DNA of 64,000 bases from Candidatus Latescibacterota bacterium (lineage in GTDB: Bacteria; Latescibacterota; UBA2968), in the NCBI GenBank assembly GCA_965207885.1, contig OZ242311.1, positions 4,224,001-4,288,000 on the forward strand, read 5' to 3'. The notes below the pieces were generated by a model that worked only from the letters and a program-made list of their open reading frames with translations, did no database searches and was not told the origin of the DNA. The position numbers were made by a program, and so were the translations under genes. This document shows, in pieces, positions 9,247-19,654 of this stretch. The stretch's first letter is position 1. The number at the start of each line of letters is the position of its first letter.

Positions 9247-11391
9247 ATGCTGCGCGATATTGGATTTTCCACCTCAGATGGGTGGCTGTTATTAATCGTT
9301 GGCTGCGCTGGAATTTATCTCGCTTTTCTAATGTATCGCTCGCGCCTTAAGGGCACACATCAATTGTTGTTGGGTGTGCGCGTCGCGGCACTTGTTTTGC
9401 TAATTGGCCTTTTGATGGAGCCGATTCTCGCATTGACATTGCATACGCAGCGTTTGCCCTTAGTCGCCCTGCTCATCGACGACAGCGAAAGCATGAAAAT
9501 AGCAGATGGGGATACCGCGCGTTTTGAAGTGGTAAAAGACTTGCTGGCCGGTCACTCGCTCAAAAATTTGCGCGATCGTGCGCGAGTGACGCAGTTTCGG
9601 TTTTCCGATGTTTTGACGCACATGCGCGAGGAAGAAGAACTTACATGGGCGGGGCGAGCGAGCGACCTGGCAGGTGCATTAGATGCGTTGCGCGAGCAAA
9701 CAATGGGTGAAGGGCTTGCCGCTGTGGTGCTCATTTCAGATGGCGGACAAAATTTGGGTGGGAGCCCAGAGCGGGCAGCGGTTGATCTGGGCGCGCCAGT
9801 GATCGCTGTGGGAACAGGTGACCCGGTCGCACCTAAAGATGTATCCATAGTATCGGCGGTTATCGATCCCCTGGGCTATGTGGGTAGGTCGCTGGTGATG
9901 CAAGTGCGCGTACTTTCTTCTGGATTTGAACGAGTGCGCGAGCGGGTGCGCGTACTCCTGGATGATCGGGAAGTGAGTGCCCAAACCATTGCGCTGGCCG
10001 ATGGTGAGCAGACCCTTGAATTTGAGATCCGACCCCAGGGACCCGGACGGCATGCATTTTCGGTACAAATTGCGGCACAAGCAGACGAGCGTACGGTGGG
10101 CAACAACCGCGTAGTGGTCTCGACAGATGTGCTCGAAAGCCGCGTGCGCATTTTAATACTCTCAGGCAGCCCAGGTGCCGATTTGGGTTATTTGCGACGC
10201 GTGCTACAAGAAGATGCCAATTTGGAAGTTGAGGTGCTGGTACGCACATTGATGGCCGGGTGGCAAAGAGATGTACATCGCGCACTGCGCACATTGGACG
10301 AGCGCGATATAGTCGCGTTGATCAACGCACCCTACGAAGTGCTTTCAGGTGTACCAGAGCAGGCAATTATCGCCTTTGTGCAAAAAGGCGGGGGGCTGTT
10401 GGCTCTGGGAGGTGATGCAGCATTTGATAACGGGTACGCGCACTCGGCATTGGCCGATGTTTTGCCCGTGCAGGTTTTGAGGTCGTCAGATACATTTCAA
10501 GAACGCGCTTTTGCCCTTTCGTTTCCCGATTCTCGCCACCCCATTTTGCGCGTATCAGACGATCCATTGAGCGACCGCGACGCCTGGGAAGTATTGCCGC
10601 CACTTCTATCTTATAATCGCGTGGGAGCTGCTGTTTCTAATGCAACTGTGTTGGCACATCATCCCACAGAGCGCGTTGATGGCAAACCGATGCCAGTGCT
10701 GGCAATTCGCCGCGTGGGCGCGGGAAAAACCGCGATTATGGCCTATCAAACATTTTGGCGTCACGGATTGATGATGTGGGGCGATGGCAAGACCGATGCC
10801 GTGGCACGCGCATTTTGGAAAAATATGGTGCGTTGGCTGGTCACGCGCGACGAGATGTCCCGCATAAAAACCATGACCGAAAAACCCGCGTATCGAAGCG
10901 GCGAAGCGGTCGCGGTGCATGCAAGCGTTTTTGACCACCTGTTGCAACCGCGTTCTGGCGCGCGAGTTCTGGTGCGAGTCGGCGATAGTTTGGGTGTGCG
11001 AGAAGTTGTTTTGCGCGATTTGGGCGGTGGGCGGTATGCTGGCAATTTGGGGCGTTTCGCACAAGGCGATTACGAGCTTCAGGTGCAGGCACGGGCCAAT
11101 GATGGTGACCTCGGCACGGGCACGGGTCGTTTTACTGTGGGAAGATACAGCCTGGAATACGAAACCGTGCGCCTGCGCGCCGAACTGCTCGGCGATATTG
11201 CCACGCGCAGCGGTGGGCAATATGTGAGACCTGGTGATCTGAAAGCCGCTCTCGATTCGCTTGTGCTGGCTCCAGAACCTGTTATCACCCTCCACCGGGT
11301 CAGGTTGTGGGGACATGAATGGCCGCTTTTTTTGCTGGTGGGATTGCTGGTATTAGAATGGACGATTCGACGAAGATTGGGGATGTTATAA
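9247..11391 (+). CDS. Membrane protein with VWA-like and glutamine-amidotransferase-like domains
   Basis: N-terminal TM helices, LIDDSESM and LISDG, GGGLLALGG, C-terminal LEWTIRRRLG. Confidence 0.7.
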   Translation: MLRDIGFSTSDGWLLLIVGCAGIYLAFLMYRSRLKGTHQLLLGVRVAALVLLIGLLMEPILALTLHTQRLPLVALLIDDSESMKIADGDTARFEVVKDLLAGHSLKNLRDRARVTQFRFSDVLTHMREEEELTWAGRASDLAGALDALREQTMGEGLAAVVLISDGGQNLGGSPERAAVDLGAPVIAVGTGDPVAPKDVSIVSAVIDPLGYVGRSLVMQVRVLSSGFERVRERVRVLLDDREVSAQTIALADGEQTLEFEIRPQGPGRHAFSVQIAAQADERTVGNNRVVVSTDVLESRVRILILSGSPGADLGYLRRVLQEDANLEVEVLVRTLMAGWQRDVHRALRTLDERDIVALINAPYEVLSGVPEQAIIAFVQKGGGLLALGGDAAFDNGYAHSALADVLPVQVLRSSDTFQERAFALSFPDSRHPILRVSDDPLSDRDAWEVLPPLLSYNRVGAAVSNATVLAHHPTERVDGKPMPVLAIRRVGAGKTAIMAYQTFWRHGLMMWGDGKTDAVARAFWKNMVRWLVTRDEMSRIKTMTEKPAYRSGEAVAVHASVFDHLLQPRSGARVLVRVGDSLGVREVVLRDLGGGRYAGNLGRFAQGDYELQVQARANDGDLGTGTGRFTVGRYSLEYETVRLRAELLGDIATRSGGQYVRPGDLKAALDSLVLAPEPVITLHRVRLWGHEWPLFLLVGLLVLEWTIRRRLGML

Positions 11392-12246
11392 ATGGATAGA
11401 ATACAGAATTTAAAAAACAAAATGTATTCAGTAATCAGTGCGCTGTTTTGTTGCACGATCTTGCTGACTATAAAGGTCTCTGCACAGGTGGTGATCAACG
11501 AGGTGATGGCGCGACCTACCGATGGGACAGAGTGGGTTGAACTGTACAACCGTTCGCCAGACGCGGTTCACCTATCGGGGTGGACGTTATCCGATTTGCG
11601 GACAACGGGACAATTTGAAACAGGTGCGGTCATCGATGGTGGAGGATATGTGATCGTCGCACAAGACGCAAATGCTATTGGCCTGCAATATCCTGGCCTC
11701 GATGTTCCCATCTTGTCGCTTACCCGCTGGCCCCGACTGAACAATGGGGGCGATGGTCTCATTTTGCGCGATGCGACGGCAACGCTTGTCGATAGCATCT
11801 TTTATCCAGCACAAGCGACTGCTATAAGTCTGGAACGCATTGATCTCACTGTAGTGGGAGATCAAAACAACTGGCTCGACAGCCAGGATCCGCAGGGTGC
11901 GACCCCTGGGACTGCAAATAGCGTTCGATTTAATGACGTAGCGGAGTTATCTGTGGTGGTTGAACCCAATCCCTTTGTCGATCAAGTCGCCATTACATAT
12001 CGGGTGCCCTCCCCCAGACTCCACGCAAATTTGTGGGTGTTTGATCGCACGGGCAGACGCGTGGCCTCCTTACTCAAAAGCATTGAAAGTGGCAGTCAGC
12101 GCGTTGTAAATTGGGATGGGAGCAACGATAATGGACAAGTTTTAAAACCCGGTATTTATGTTATCTACCTGGAAGTCAGCACACCGGAAGGCGAATTATT
12201 CCACACCCGAAAATCTGTGGTGCTGGCAAAAGGTATAAGCGAATAA
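11392..12246 (+). CDS. Secreted lamin-tail-domain protein with FlgD-Ig-like C-terminus
   Basis: Signal peptide, VVINEVM, EWVELYN, LNNGGD, TPGTANS, PNPF...WDG...PGIY. Confidence 0.75.
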   Translation: MDRIQNLKNKMYSVISALFCCTILLTIKVSAQVVINEVMARPTDGTEWVELYNRSPDAVHLSGWTLSDLRTTGQFETGAVIDGGGYVIVAQDANAIGLQYPGLDVPILSLTRWPRLNNGGDGLILRDATATLVDSIFYPAQATAISLERIDLTVVGDQNNWLDSQDPQGATPGTANSVRFNDVAELSVVVEPNPFVDQVAITYRVPSPRLHANLWVFDRTGRRVASLLKSIESGSQRVVNWDGSNDNGQVLKPGIYVIYLEVSTPEGELFHTRKSVVLAKGISE

Positions 12247-12348
12247 AGTGTGGTGTTGGGTGGACTTTTTTCTTCTCACTTCTTATTTTTATTTGTCGAT
12301 GTCCCCACATCGGACCTATTCTCCCCTTTGATGCTGTGAGGAACAAAT

Positions 12349-14778
12349 ATGGAACAGTCATCGAAGGCATTACCTGAGACCTCAAAAGATCAGTCGAGAT
12401 TACCTTTTCAAATTTTGGGCATATGCTTGATTGCACTCGCGCTATTGATGGTTCTGAGCTTGCTATCGCACTCGCCTGAGGACCCCCCCAATTCGACGCG
12501 CCCCAACGAGTTGGCGCAAAATCTGGTTGGGTGGCTCGGCGCACACGTATCCTACCATTTGCTATTTAGCGTGGGCTATGGCGCTTACGCGCTGATCGTT
12601 GTGGCATTGGTATGGGGGTGGAACCGCCTCAGGATGTCGAGCGTCAGATCACTAGTGATGCACAGTATCATTCTGTTTTCACTAATGGTGATTTATTGTG
12701 GCACAACAGGCGTGCTCTTTTGGGAACGCCCCACAATGGCCTGGAAATTGGGAGGTGGGCTGGGATTTATGGTATCGTCTTCCCTGCTGGTGCCCTATTT
12801 GGGTACTGTTGGTTCTTATATTTCTTTGGCGACGCTATTTGTGGTACTATTGATGGTTGCCACCGATATTCCGTTTAACCGAATACCCGAGTGGACATTC
12901 TTAAAAAAACGTGCGGAGAAGTCTGACAAGAACGAGACATCGACCGAAGTGGCACGAGTTGAGGACTCCGATCAAGTCGAGGATATCGATCAAATTGAGG
13001 ACATTGATCAAAAAAAAAATACAACTGAAGAAGAGATTGCTGACGACCCCATTTTAGATGAATGGGAAAAGGACGAATTGGCCGAGATGCCCAGGCCCGT
13101 GATCGCCGATGACATGAAAGAAAAAGACATCGATGAACTATTAGAGAAGCACACAAAAAAGACAGTTGCTGATCCCATTCCAGATATGGCACGGGTTGAG
13201 CGAGAAGAAGACAAATTGCCTGAAGTGGAATTTGAGATAGCAGATGAAACGCCTGAGCCAGAACCAGAGCCTGTTCCTTCAAAAAAGAAAAAGAAAATCA
13301 AGCGCAAGCGATCTTCGACATATTTGCTGCCCGATTTGAAGTTGCTGGAGGATCCCCCTCCGGGTGATGGGATTATAGGCCGCGAAACCCTGTTTAAAGG
13401 GGCACAGGTATTGGAGCAAAGCCTGAGCAATTTTGGCGTTCAGGGCAAAGTGGTGCAGGTCAATCCCGGTCCTGTTATTACGACATATGAGGTTGCACCA
13501 CCCCCGGGCGTGAAAGTCAGCAAAATCGTCGGACTTGCAGACGATCTCGCCCTTGTGATGAAAGCGCAAAGCATTCGCATTCAGGCTCCCATTCCCGGAA
13601 AGGCTGCGGTCGGCGTTGAAGTGCCCAATCCAGAACCTTATACGGTCTTTTTAAAAGAAATTTTGGAATCGCGCGCATTCGAGCAGTCCGATTCAAAATT
13701 GATGCTCGGATTCGGCAAAACAGCTTCGGGTGACCCCTATTGTGCCGATCTGGCAAAAATGCCGCATTTGTTAATTGCCGGCGCAACAGGGTCCGGCAAG
13801 TCGGGATGTATTAATGCACTGATTTCCAGTATTTTGTTCCGCTGCACACCAGAGGAAGTGCGTTTTATTATGGTGGATCCCAAAATGCTGGAATTGTCAA
13901 TTTACAACGATATTCCACATCTCCTGGCACCTGTTGTCGTCGATCCCAAAATGGCATCGGATGCGCTCAAGTGGGCAGTATCAGAGATGGAGAACCGATA
14001 TCGCACAATGGCGCAGTTTACCGCGCGCAATATCACTGATTTTAATGCCAAAATGGTGCGGCTGCGACAGGAAGCACCCACCGAGGAAGACCGCGAAGAA
14101 ATTCCCGATGCCTTGCCCTATATTGTCGTGGTAATCGACGAATTGGCCGATTTGATGATGACTGCACCGAGCGATATAGAAAACTCACTGGCGCGATTGG
14201 CACAAATGGCCCGCGCTGTGGGCATCCATCTCATTATTGCAACCCAGCGTCCTTCAGTAAATGTGATTACGGGGACAATCAAAGCCAATTTTCCAACGCG
14301 CATTGCATTTCGCGTGGCATCCAAGGTCGATTCGCGCACGATTATTGACGCCAATGGCGTTGAAAAACTCCTGGGACGAGGAGATATGCTATTTTTGCCT
14401 CCAGGACAACCAGAACCCATTCGCCTTCACGGTGCGTGGATCGATACCGAAGAAACCGAACAATTAGTGGCCTGGGTGAGCGATCAGGATGTCGAACTCG
14501 ACAGAGTTGAATTTGAAGGCGAAAATAGCGATCTTTCTGTTGTAGATAATGAGCGCGATGCCAGGTTTGATGAGGCATTGCGATTGGTGGTTATCCACCA
14601 GCAGGGCTCGGCATCGCTCCTGCAGCGCCGGATGAAGGTCGGATACTCGCGGGCCGCACGCCTTGTTGATGAACTCGAAGCCGCCGGTATTGTTGGTCCG
14701 TCCAATGGATCGAGTAAGGGGCGCGAAGTCCTCGTTGACGAAGACTATTTAGAGGAACTCGAGGAGTTGGATGTATGA
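12349..14778 (+). CDS. ftsK: DNA translocase FtsK
   Basis: 4TM N-terminus, PHLLIAGATGSGKS, IDELADLMM, ATQRPS, gamma domain LQRRMKVGYSRAAR. Confidence 0.97.
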   Translation: MEQSSKALPETSKDQSRLPFQILGICLIALALLMVLSLLSHSPEDPPNSTRPNELAQNLVGWLGAHVSYHLLFSVGYGAYALIVVALVWGWNRLRMSSVRSLVMHSIILFSLMVIYCGTTGVLFWERPTMAWKLGGGLGFMVSSSLLVPYLGTVGSYISLATLFVVLLMVATDIPFNRIPEWTFLKKRAEKSDKNETSTEVARVEDSDQVEDIDQIEDIDQKKNTTEEEIADDPILDEWEKDELAEMPRPVIADDMKEKDIDELLEKHTKKTVADPIPDMARVEREEDKLPEVEFEIADETPEPEPEPVPSKKKKKIKRKRSSTYLLPDLKLLEDPPPGDGIIGRETLFKGAQVLEQSLSNFGVQGKVVQVNPGPVITTYEVAPPPGVKVSKIVGLADDLALVMKAQSIRIQAPIPGKAAVGVEVPNPEPYTVFLKEILESRAFEQSDSKLMLGFGKTASGDPYCADLAKMPHLLIAGATGSGKSGCINALISSILFRCTPEEVRFIMVDPKMLELSIYNDIPHLLAPVVVDPKMASDALKWAVSEMENRYRTMAQFTARNITDFNAKMVRLRQEAPTEEDREEIPDALPYIVVVIDELADLMMTAPSDIENSLARLAQMARAVGIHLIIATQRPSVNVITGTIKANFPTRIAFRVASKVDSRTIIDANGVEKLLGRGDMLFLPPGQPEPIRLHGAWIDTEETEQLVAWVSDQDVELDRVEFEGENSDLSVVDNERDARFDEALRLVVIHQQGSASLLQRRMKVGYSRAARLVDELEAAGIVGPSNGSSKGREVLVDEDYLEELEELDV
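12961..13014 (+). repeat. Imperfect 18-bp tandem repeat x3 in the FtsK linker (EDSDQV/EDIDQI/EDIDQK)
   Basis: GAGGACTCCGATCAAGTC GAGGATATCGATCAAATT GAGGACATTGATCAAAAA. Confidence 0.7.
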
Positions 14779-15455
14779 TGCGTAGAATGCACCACAGGCG
14801 TAGCCTGCAAGCCCTTCTCGCTATTCTCGGTATTTTATTTTTCACGGGAACTGTGCAGGCCGATACGCGCGGCTCAGAGGTAGTTGCGAAATTGCAAAAA
14901 AAATTTGCAGATCTCGAGACGCTTTCCGCTCACTTTGTCAAACAACACTATTGGCGCGTGATGGACCAGCATCAAGAAGTCAAAGGCAAGTTGCTGGTTC
15001 AGCGCCCCGATCAGTTTCGAATGGATTCGGATGTACAGGTAGTGGTGAGCGATGGCAAAACCGTGTGGCACTACGCGCCTGCCAATGCCCAGGTGCTGGT
15101 GAGCGATTACACCGCGATGGAAAATGATCGAAACTATGAAAAATTGTTATTTGATCTGATTTTTTGGGGTGGGTACGACGAAAATTATGTGCCCGTTTAT
15201 GTGGGAGAAGAAAAGATCCATCGCAAAACGTGTTACGCGGTCGATCTATTGGCAAAAAAAGAAGATACGTATATCCATAAAATTCGCCTATGGATAGACA
15301 AACGACTCTACCTGGTGCGGCAAGTGGAATATCGCAATATCCACGAAGATGTGACAACATTTGTGTTGTCGGACTTGAAGGTCAACAAAAAAGCCAGGCC
15401 CGATCAATTTACATTTCACATACCCAGCGGAGTGGAATTGATCGATTTGCGTTGA
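14775..15455 (+). CDS. lolA: Outer membrane lipoprotein carrier LolA
   Basis: Signal peptide, RPDQFR, VVSDGKTVWHY, FTFHIPSGVELID; lies downstream of ftsK. Confidence 0.85.
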   Translation: MMRRMHHRRSLQALLAILGILFFTGTVQADTRGSEVVAKLQKKFADLETLSAHFVKQHYWRVMDQHQEVKGKLLVQRPDQFRMDSDVQVVVSDGKTVWHYAPANAQVLVSDYTAMENDRNYEKLLFDLIFWGGYDENYVPVYVGEEKIHRKTCYAVDLLAKKEDTYIHKIRLWIDKRLYLVRQVEYRNIHEDVTTFVLSDLKVNKKARPDQFTFHIPSGVELIDLR

Positions 15456-15477
15456 TTATAACCGAAAGGAACAAATA

Positions 15478-16594
15478 ATGGCTGTGGAAATTCAGGTGCG
15501 TGAACTACAAGACGCACTATCCGATTATAGCACGCGCGTAGATAAACTCGGGAGGTATCTTTGACCTCGATCAAAGACGAACAAAAATTGCCGAATTTGA
15601 AAAACTCATGGAAGCACCGAATTTCTGGAATGACCGCGAAAATGCACAGCGGATTATCGACGCTTGTAATGCGGAAAAATACTGGGTTGAAAGTTGGGAA
15701 AATTTAAATGAACAAGTGGGCGATTTGGATGTGCTTTTTCAATTGGCATGCGAAGAAGGCGATGCCGAATCTCTGTCTGAAGTCGCTGCTGAAGTACCCG
15801 GGGCTGGCGCAGCTTTAGACGCACTTGAATTGCAGCACATGTTGGGCGATCGAGAAGATCGCAACGACGCGATATTGACCATTCATCCGGGCGCTGGGGG
15901 TACCGAAGCAGCAGACTGGGCGCAAATGTTGATGCGTATGTACACGCGGTGGGCCGAGCGGCGTGGGTTTCAAACCACTGTCCTGGATACGCTTCCCGGC
16001 GAAACGGCCGGAATTAAGAGTGCGACAATTGAGGTGAAGGGCGATTATGCTTTTGGCTATCTCAAGTCCGAATCTGGTGTACACAGACTGGTGCGGATTT
16101 CTCCTTATGATTCCAACAATCGTCGCCACACATCATTTGCATCCGTTTTTGTCTATCCCGACGCCGAAGGCGATATCGAGGTGGAGATCAATCCCAATGA
16201 TCTGAAAGTAGATACCTATCGCGCTGGGGGTGCTGGCGGACAACACGTGAACAAAACCGATTCAGCGGTGCGTATTACCCACGAACCCACGGGGATTGTG
16301 GTGCAATGCCAGAACGAGCGTTCTCAGTACAAGAACCGCAATACGGCCATGAAAATTCTCAAAGCGCGATTGTATCAACACCTGCGGGAAGAAGAAGACA
16401 AAAAACGCGCCAAACTCGAAAGCACAAAAAAACGCATTGAATGGGGCAGTCAGATCCGCAATTACGTTTTTCAACCCTATCAGATGGTGAAAGACGCGCG
16501 AACGGGCTTTGAGACATCGAATGTTTCGGGGGTTATAGATGGCGATCTCGACCCATTTATCCGCGCATATTTACTGTCGTTGAGCACCGCGTGA
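15478..16594 (+). CDS. prfB: Peptide chain release factor 2 (programmed +1 frameshift)
   Basis: ORF1 15478-15564 ends GGG AGG TAT CTT TGA C; the +1 frame continues into SPY, GGQHVN and WGSQIR motifs. Confidence 0.97.
15550..15565 (+). promoter_or_regulatory. RF2 frameshift cassette (internal SD + CTT TGA C)
   Basis: GGGAGGTATCTTTGAC. Confidence 0.95.
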
Positions 16595-16633
16595 ACTGAG
16601 TTTTTAGCAGTGCCCTCAGGCGGGCAATGCGCT

Positions 16634-16662
16634 TGACTTGAATATGCATATTGGTTATAGTT
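16634..16662 (+). promoter_or_regulatory. Sigma70-type promoter with palindrome AATATGCATATT in the spacer
   Basis: TTGACT-17-TATAGT upstream of the island's left repeat. Confidence 0.55.
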
Positions 16663-16700
16663 TAATGACCTTTACAACGTTTAATCTTATAGATATTAGA

Positions 16701-16727
16701 AGGGTTGGGAGGCTGCATTTTTGACTC
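16701..16727 (+). repeat. Left direct repeat (copy of lysS RBS/start region)
   Basis: AGGGTTGGGAGGCTGCATTTTTGACTC; 24/27 identical to 19655-19681. Confidence 0.8.
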
Positions 16728-16803
16728 TGGGTGCCCCATTCCCTAGTTCTTAGACAGCCGATGTGTTGGATAACTAAATTTGTACATGCTAAGGAAAAGT
16801 AAT

Positions 16804-18348
16804 ATGCTGAAAAATTTGCGAATCCAAAATTTCAAGGTTTGGGAGGATACCGGTACTATTCGCTTGGCCCCTCTTACTCTTTTATTTGGTGCCAACAGTT
16901 CCGGCAAGTCCAGTATTGGTCAGTTCCTTCTGATGTTAAAGCAGACAGTTGAGTCACGAAGTCAAGATGTGTTTTATCTTGGTGATAGCAATCCAGCAGT
17001 TCAACTGGGATCTTACGAGGACATAATCTTTCAGCGAGACAGGCAAAAACAGATTAAATTTGAATATCAATGGTCGCCCCAATCACCCATAAGACTTATA
17101 AATCCTGATCCTTATCAGATTTTTTCCGGAGACGATCTGGCCTTTCAAGCAGAAGTTGGCTCCCATAGCCTAACTCGCCGCCCCCAGGTTAAACGGTTCA
17201 ATTATAAATTGATCGCTGCGAATAGCAAAACTCAGCTTTCATTTGGAATGAAGATCCGCTCTCAAACAAGGGGTTATTATGAGCTCGAATCTCCTAACCT
17301 CACTCTCAAGAAGATATCTGGGATGGCGAATCAATCATATAGTACACTACCTCAGAATTCACCTAATCATTTTTATGGCTTTCCTCGTCAGCTAATCACG
17401 GCCTATCAAAATCAGACGATTTTTCGAGAATTCAACGATACGCATGAAGAATTTTTCAGTAATCTTTTCTATCTCGGCCCAATACGCATTGAGGCCAAAA
17501 GATTATATGAAAATGCTGGAGGAATACCAGAAAGTGTGGGATATAAAGGCGAAGATACTATCGCAGCTATTCTAGCGGCCAAAGCTAAAGATAAGATATT
17601 TGAAGAGAGGGAAGACAGGTTTGAGAATAGAATCACTAATAGGCTCAAACAGATAGGGCTGATTGAGGATTTTAAAATTACAGAACTTTCTGATCGGGTG
17701 TGTGAAATTAAAGTGCAAACTAAAGGATCAAAGACTTGGGTGGAACTTCCTGATGTCGGATTCGGTGTCTCGCAAGTGCTTCCAGTGCTCGTGCAGTGTT
17801 TTTATGTACCAGAGAAATCAATCATTTTAATAGACCAGCCAGAGGTACATCTTCATCCCTATGCACAATCGGCTTTGGCTGATGTGATGATTGATATTAT
17901 AAAAAATAGGAATATCCAGTTGGTCATTGAGACCCATTCCGAGCATTTTCTTCGGCGATTGCAAAGACGAATTGCTGAAGACAAGTTGACTCAAGACGAC
18001 GTATCAGCCTACTTCTCTAATATTAACCTGGTGCCATTGGATGAAATAGACAAAATCTCGGAAGTGAAACGAAACTCACTTAAGGAAGCAGGTATTTTGT
18101 CTGCCAATGACCTCGTCATCACACCCTTAGAGACACTACTTGAAATAGATAAAATTGGCGAAATCATAGCGAAGGAATTGTATGAAATCGCGCAAGAAAA
18201 CCTCAAGGCAAAAGGGGGGGCTAAGCTAGAGCCTCTTAATATAGACAAATTCGGCAATATACTCAACTGGCCTGAAAACTTTTTTGGCGATGAGATGGAA
18301 GACATTTTTGCACAAGCCGAGGCAGAAATAAGAAGGCAGATGGAATAA
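16804..18348 (+). CDS. ABC-type (AAA_21/AAA_15-like) ATPase with DUF3696-type C-terminus and inserted HhH domain
   Basis: Walker A GANSSGKS, YLGPIR, DVGFGVSQVLP, IILIDQPEVHLHP, IETHSEH, IDKFGNILNWPENFF. Confidence 0.85.
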   Translation: MLKNLRIQNFKVWEDTGTIRLAPLTLLFGANSSGKSSIGQFLLMLKQTVESRSQDVFYLGDSNPAVQLGSYEDIIFQRDRQKQIKFEYQWSPQSPIRLINPDPYQIFSGDDLAFQAEVGSHSLTRRPQVKRFNYKLIAANSKTQLSFGMKIRSQTRGYYELESPNLTLKKISGMANQSYSTLPQNSPNHFYGFPRQLITAYQNQTIFREFNDTHEEFFSNLFYLGPIRIEAKRLYENAGGIPESVGYKGEDTIAAILAAKAKDKIFEEREDRFENRITNRLKQIGLIEDFKITELSDRVCEIKVQTKGSKTWVELPDVGFGVSQVLPVLVQCFYVPEKSIILIDQPEVHLHPYAQSALADVMIDIIKNRNIQLVIETHSEHFLRRLQRRIAEDKLTQDDVSAYFSNINLVPLDEIDKISEVKRNSLKEAGILSANDLVITPLETLLEIDKIGEIIAKELYEIAQENLKAKGGAKLEPLNIDKFGNILNWPENFFGDEMEDIFAQAEAEIRRQME

Positions 18349-18580
18349 GCCTTTTCTCTCGACAAAATGGACCCGTATTGATTGACATCAATCTGAAAAC
18401 AGTAAAGATTTAAGTGCACCTCCGTCATTGTTCCTCAAATTAGTCAATCGTGGCCTATTGCGGACCATATGTGGCATTAAAAACGTCCAAGATACCTGAC
18501 ATCATAGGGTATTTACCCTAAAAAAATCTTGAGGATCTGCGGCCTGATCTTACAATGACCATGCTACAGGAGCGATACAA

Positions 18581-19036
18581 ATGAGCAAATTAGTAAAAAA
18601 GATCGTTATAGACTCTAGGGTATTCAGTATCTTGGACGATAAACACGCAAGCGGGGAATGCAAATTGAAATGTCTTAAAAAACTCGAGGAAATTCTCAAG
18701 GATAATTGCTGTTTGGTGCTAGACAACAGTCTTCAAATTACACAAGAGTATAAGGCAGCTTGTGGGCACATAGGAGAAAAGCTCTTCAAAAACCTCTCTC
18801 GAAAAAAGAACTCTGTTCCTATTACAGACCATCCTTCTTACCGTCAATATGTTGAATTTCCAGATGATATAAGGCTTTTCAATTTTTTTCCCCGTCAATG
18901 TAAATTTGTTGCTGTTGCCCGTGCAACAAATGAAGCAAAACCGCTACCCATCTACACCATCTCCGGTTTGAGTAATACAACTCATACCGATATTCTGAAA
19001 ATATACTACAACATACCGATCCACATCCTATGTTGA
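18581..19036 (+). CDS. PIN-like protein, degenerate
   Basis: SD AGGAG; IVIDS (cf. VVDTN), LVLD...ITQEY, EFPDD...KFVAVA, C-terminal IHILC. Confidence 0.55.
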   Translation: MSKLVKKIVIDSRVFSILDDKHASGECKLKCLKKLEEILKDNCCLVLDNSLQITQEYKAACGHIGEKLFKNLSRKKNSVPITDHPSYRQYVEFPDDIRLFNFFPRQCKFVAVARATNEAKPLPIYTISGLSNTTHTDILKIYYNIPIHILC

Positions 19037-19654
19037 AATACAAGGGTGTGGATAAAATATACTAAAATTTGTATAAACATGTTTCAAGAAGCCGTTTTAA
19101 AATTCATTCTGGTATCTTTGGAAAGCGATCTGGGCTCCTACTTAAAGCAGGCAGACGTGACGAAAGAAGATGTCATTACGAATCAGTCTGTAAAATATTA
19201 GCAGATTTTTTGTAAGGACCACTCAGCGCGAACGAAAAAGTGTCGATCAATGCAGGAAAATCTATCCATATCCCAAGATATAAAGTTTGACCAACGCAGA
19301 CCAATGCTTTTGTAACTATAATTGAGGCAGCAAAAGTGATGAGAATGATTACTATTTGGGTCATCCTGTTATTTTTTATACTGTCGTTTTATATCGAGAA
19401 GAGACAAATGAAGAGATTTGACATAGCGAATTTAGCTGGCCCTGATTTTGAGAATTTATCGCTTGGCATAATAGCGGGTACAATGAAACTGAATTGAACT
19501 TGGCAACACTCGTGTAGCATTTGCATTGGTCAATTGCACGCCCGGAGAAGTAAAATCATCCGTGCTCCGAAAAAAAGAGCAAAACCACGCTTTGAAAATG
19601 GTAGTATCTATTGGGAAAGAGTAGCTTAGTTTTCATACAATGTAAATATGTTAT

